This document shows positions 62,866-64,000 of a stretch of 64,000 nt of DNA, piece by piece; positions within the stretch are counted from its first letter, which is position 1, and each line of letters begins with the position of its first letter. Origin of the DNA: Camelus ferus (Eukaryota); NCBI RefSeq assembly GCF_009834535.1, contig NC_045724.1, positions 20,770,001-20,834,000 of the forward strand, given 5' to 3'. The notes below the pieces were generated by a model that saw only the letters and a list, made by a program, of their open reading frames with translations, had not been told where the DNA came from and searched no databases. A program made the position numbers and the translations under genes.

Positions 62866-64000
62866 GATGATTTTCATAGCTTTCCAGGCCTTTATCTAAA
62901 CTCGACTCATTCTACCTAACAGGTTGCAATCCATTGCATACATTCTTAAAAAGACCAAGAGTCTGAAATGAATATAGTTGCCCATAAGACTTGAAATGGA
63001 TTATGTGTGTGGAGAGAGAGAAATACATTTTCCACCTTGTCTCCTTGGCTCCCCAAAATCATTTTATAGGCAGAGCTTTTCTGTGTTTAGAATGATCGCT
63101 GTACAGTAAAGGATGGTGAGGTACATAGTAACACAGAAATGCCAGAGAATCATGGTTTGTGCAGAGAACTGAGGACGGAAGACAGGCTCCCAGGAACAGA
63201 GGACCCAGGGACAAGACAAAGGGAGCGAGGACTTCAAGCCAGGGAGATTAGGAGCAGTCTGCTTAGAAGGCAGGGATGGTGTCCAGGGTCCTCCCATCCA
63301 GAGAGGGCAGACGAGGAAGGTTCCAGAGCGTGGCATGCGTTAGGTCAAAGACACGAGAGAGAGACTTTGGCGATGAGAGGGACTGAGAACCGTCTCTGAT
63401 GTGTTGCACCCCATGGGGCACCAGCATCTGTTCCGGCCAGAGTGAGCGGCTAAGCTCTGCCCACCTCACCTTCCCTGCCTCTCCGGGTCCAGCCCCTCCC
63501 TCAGGCCTGGCTGCCACCTCCAAGTCCCAGCGTTGTTAGACGAAATGGTTACACTTCCAGGCGGGGGTCTAAGTAGCCTTTAGTTCAGGTGCTGTTTCAT
63601 TGCGACCCCGGGTTCTGAAGAAATTTTGCCAAGTTCTTTTTCTCACAAGAAGAACAATTTGGCAAAGATTTTTCTGCTCCTCTCAAAAAACTAAAATAAA
63701 AAGTTACATATTACTGAAATTTTTTTTTCTTTCCAAATCACCTAGAGTGAAAGATTTCCACCTTCTGTTTTTATACTGTGAAGTGGGAAATAATGGTAAC
63801 CCACTTTCCCCCATTACCAACCTTGGCCATAACACCCCCGGAGTTAAAAGTGTAGCGGTGCCCTGATAACCAATTCAGACCCTTTCTTTCATCTGTGACT
63901 TTGGTGTCAGTGACTACCTACCACAATCCCTCAGAAATAGCCTGTCATCACGCCCACTCCAAACCACAAAGGGTAGGCGGTCGGGAGGGGGTCGGAACGA

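Noticed and set aside
1-64000. Prokaryotic-type systems (CRISPR arrays, operons, defence islands), NUMTs, snRNA/rRNA copies and known miRNA hairpins
   Set aside because: The DNA is mammalian. I saw no spacer-repeat arrays, gene-dense tracts, or sequence matching mitochondrial, U-snRNA, rRNA or well-known miRNA sequences that I can recall.

Overview
Mammalian genomic DNA, AT-rich and repeat-dense, with six short N-gaps. It is almost certainly a camelid (camel, llama or alpaca lineage), because it carries copies of the camelid tRNA-derived SINE Vic-1. I recognise no known protein-coding gene, structural RNA gene or miRNA hairpin, and the ORF track looks like chance ORFs, repeat remnants and gap artefacts. 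The repeat content includes a near-full-length ancient L1 with nested insertions at 9.7-13.7 kb, several short L1 3' ends with target-site duplications (TSDs), ERV1 solo LTRs, MLT1/MLT2 LTRs, MER33, L2, MIR and microsatellites. The main non-repeat landmarks are an orphan CpG island at ~27.3-28.0 kb and sets of well-formed splice sites on both strands that suggest spliced lncRNAs. One minus-strand set (23.3 kb to 19.7 kb to 18.9 kb, with an AATAAA) could encode a 25- or 32-aa micropeptide. There are also dense transcription-factor motif clusters at ~53.3 kb and ~54.8 kb. I found no new biological system that I can support with confidence; the findings are testable leads. Repeat family names come from remembered consensus sequences and their boundaries are approximate unless a TSD is quoted.
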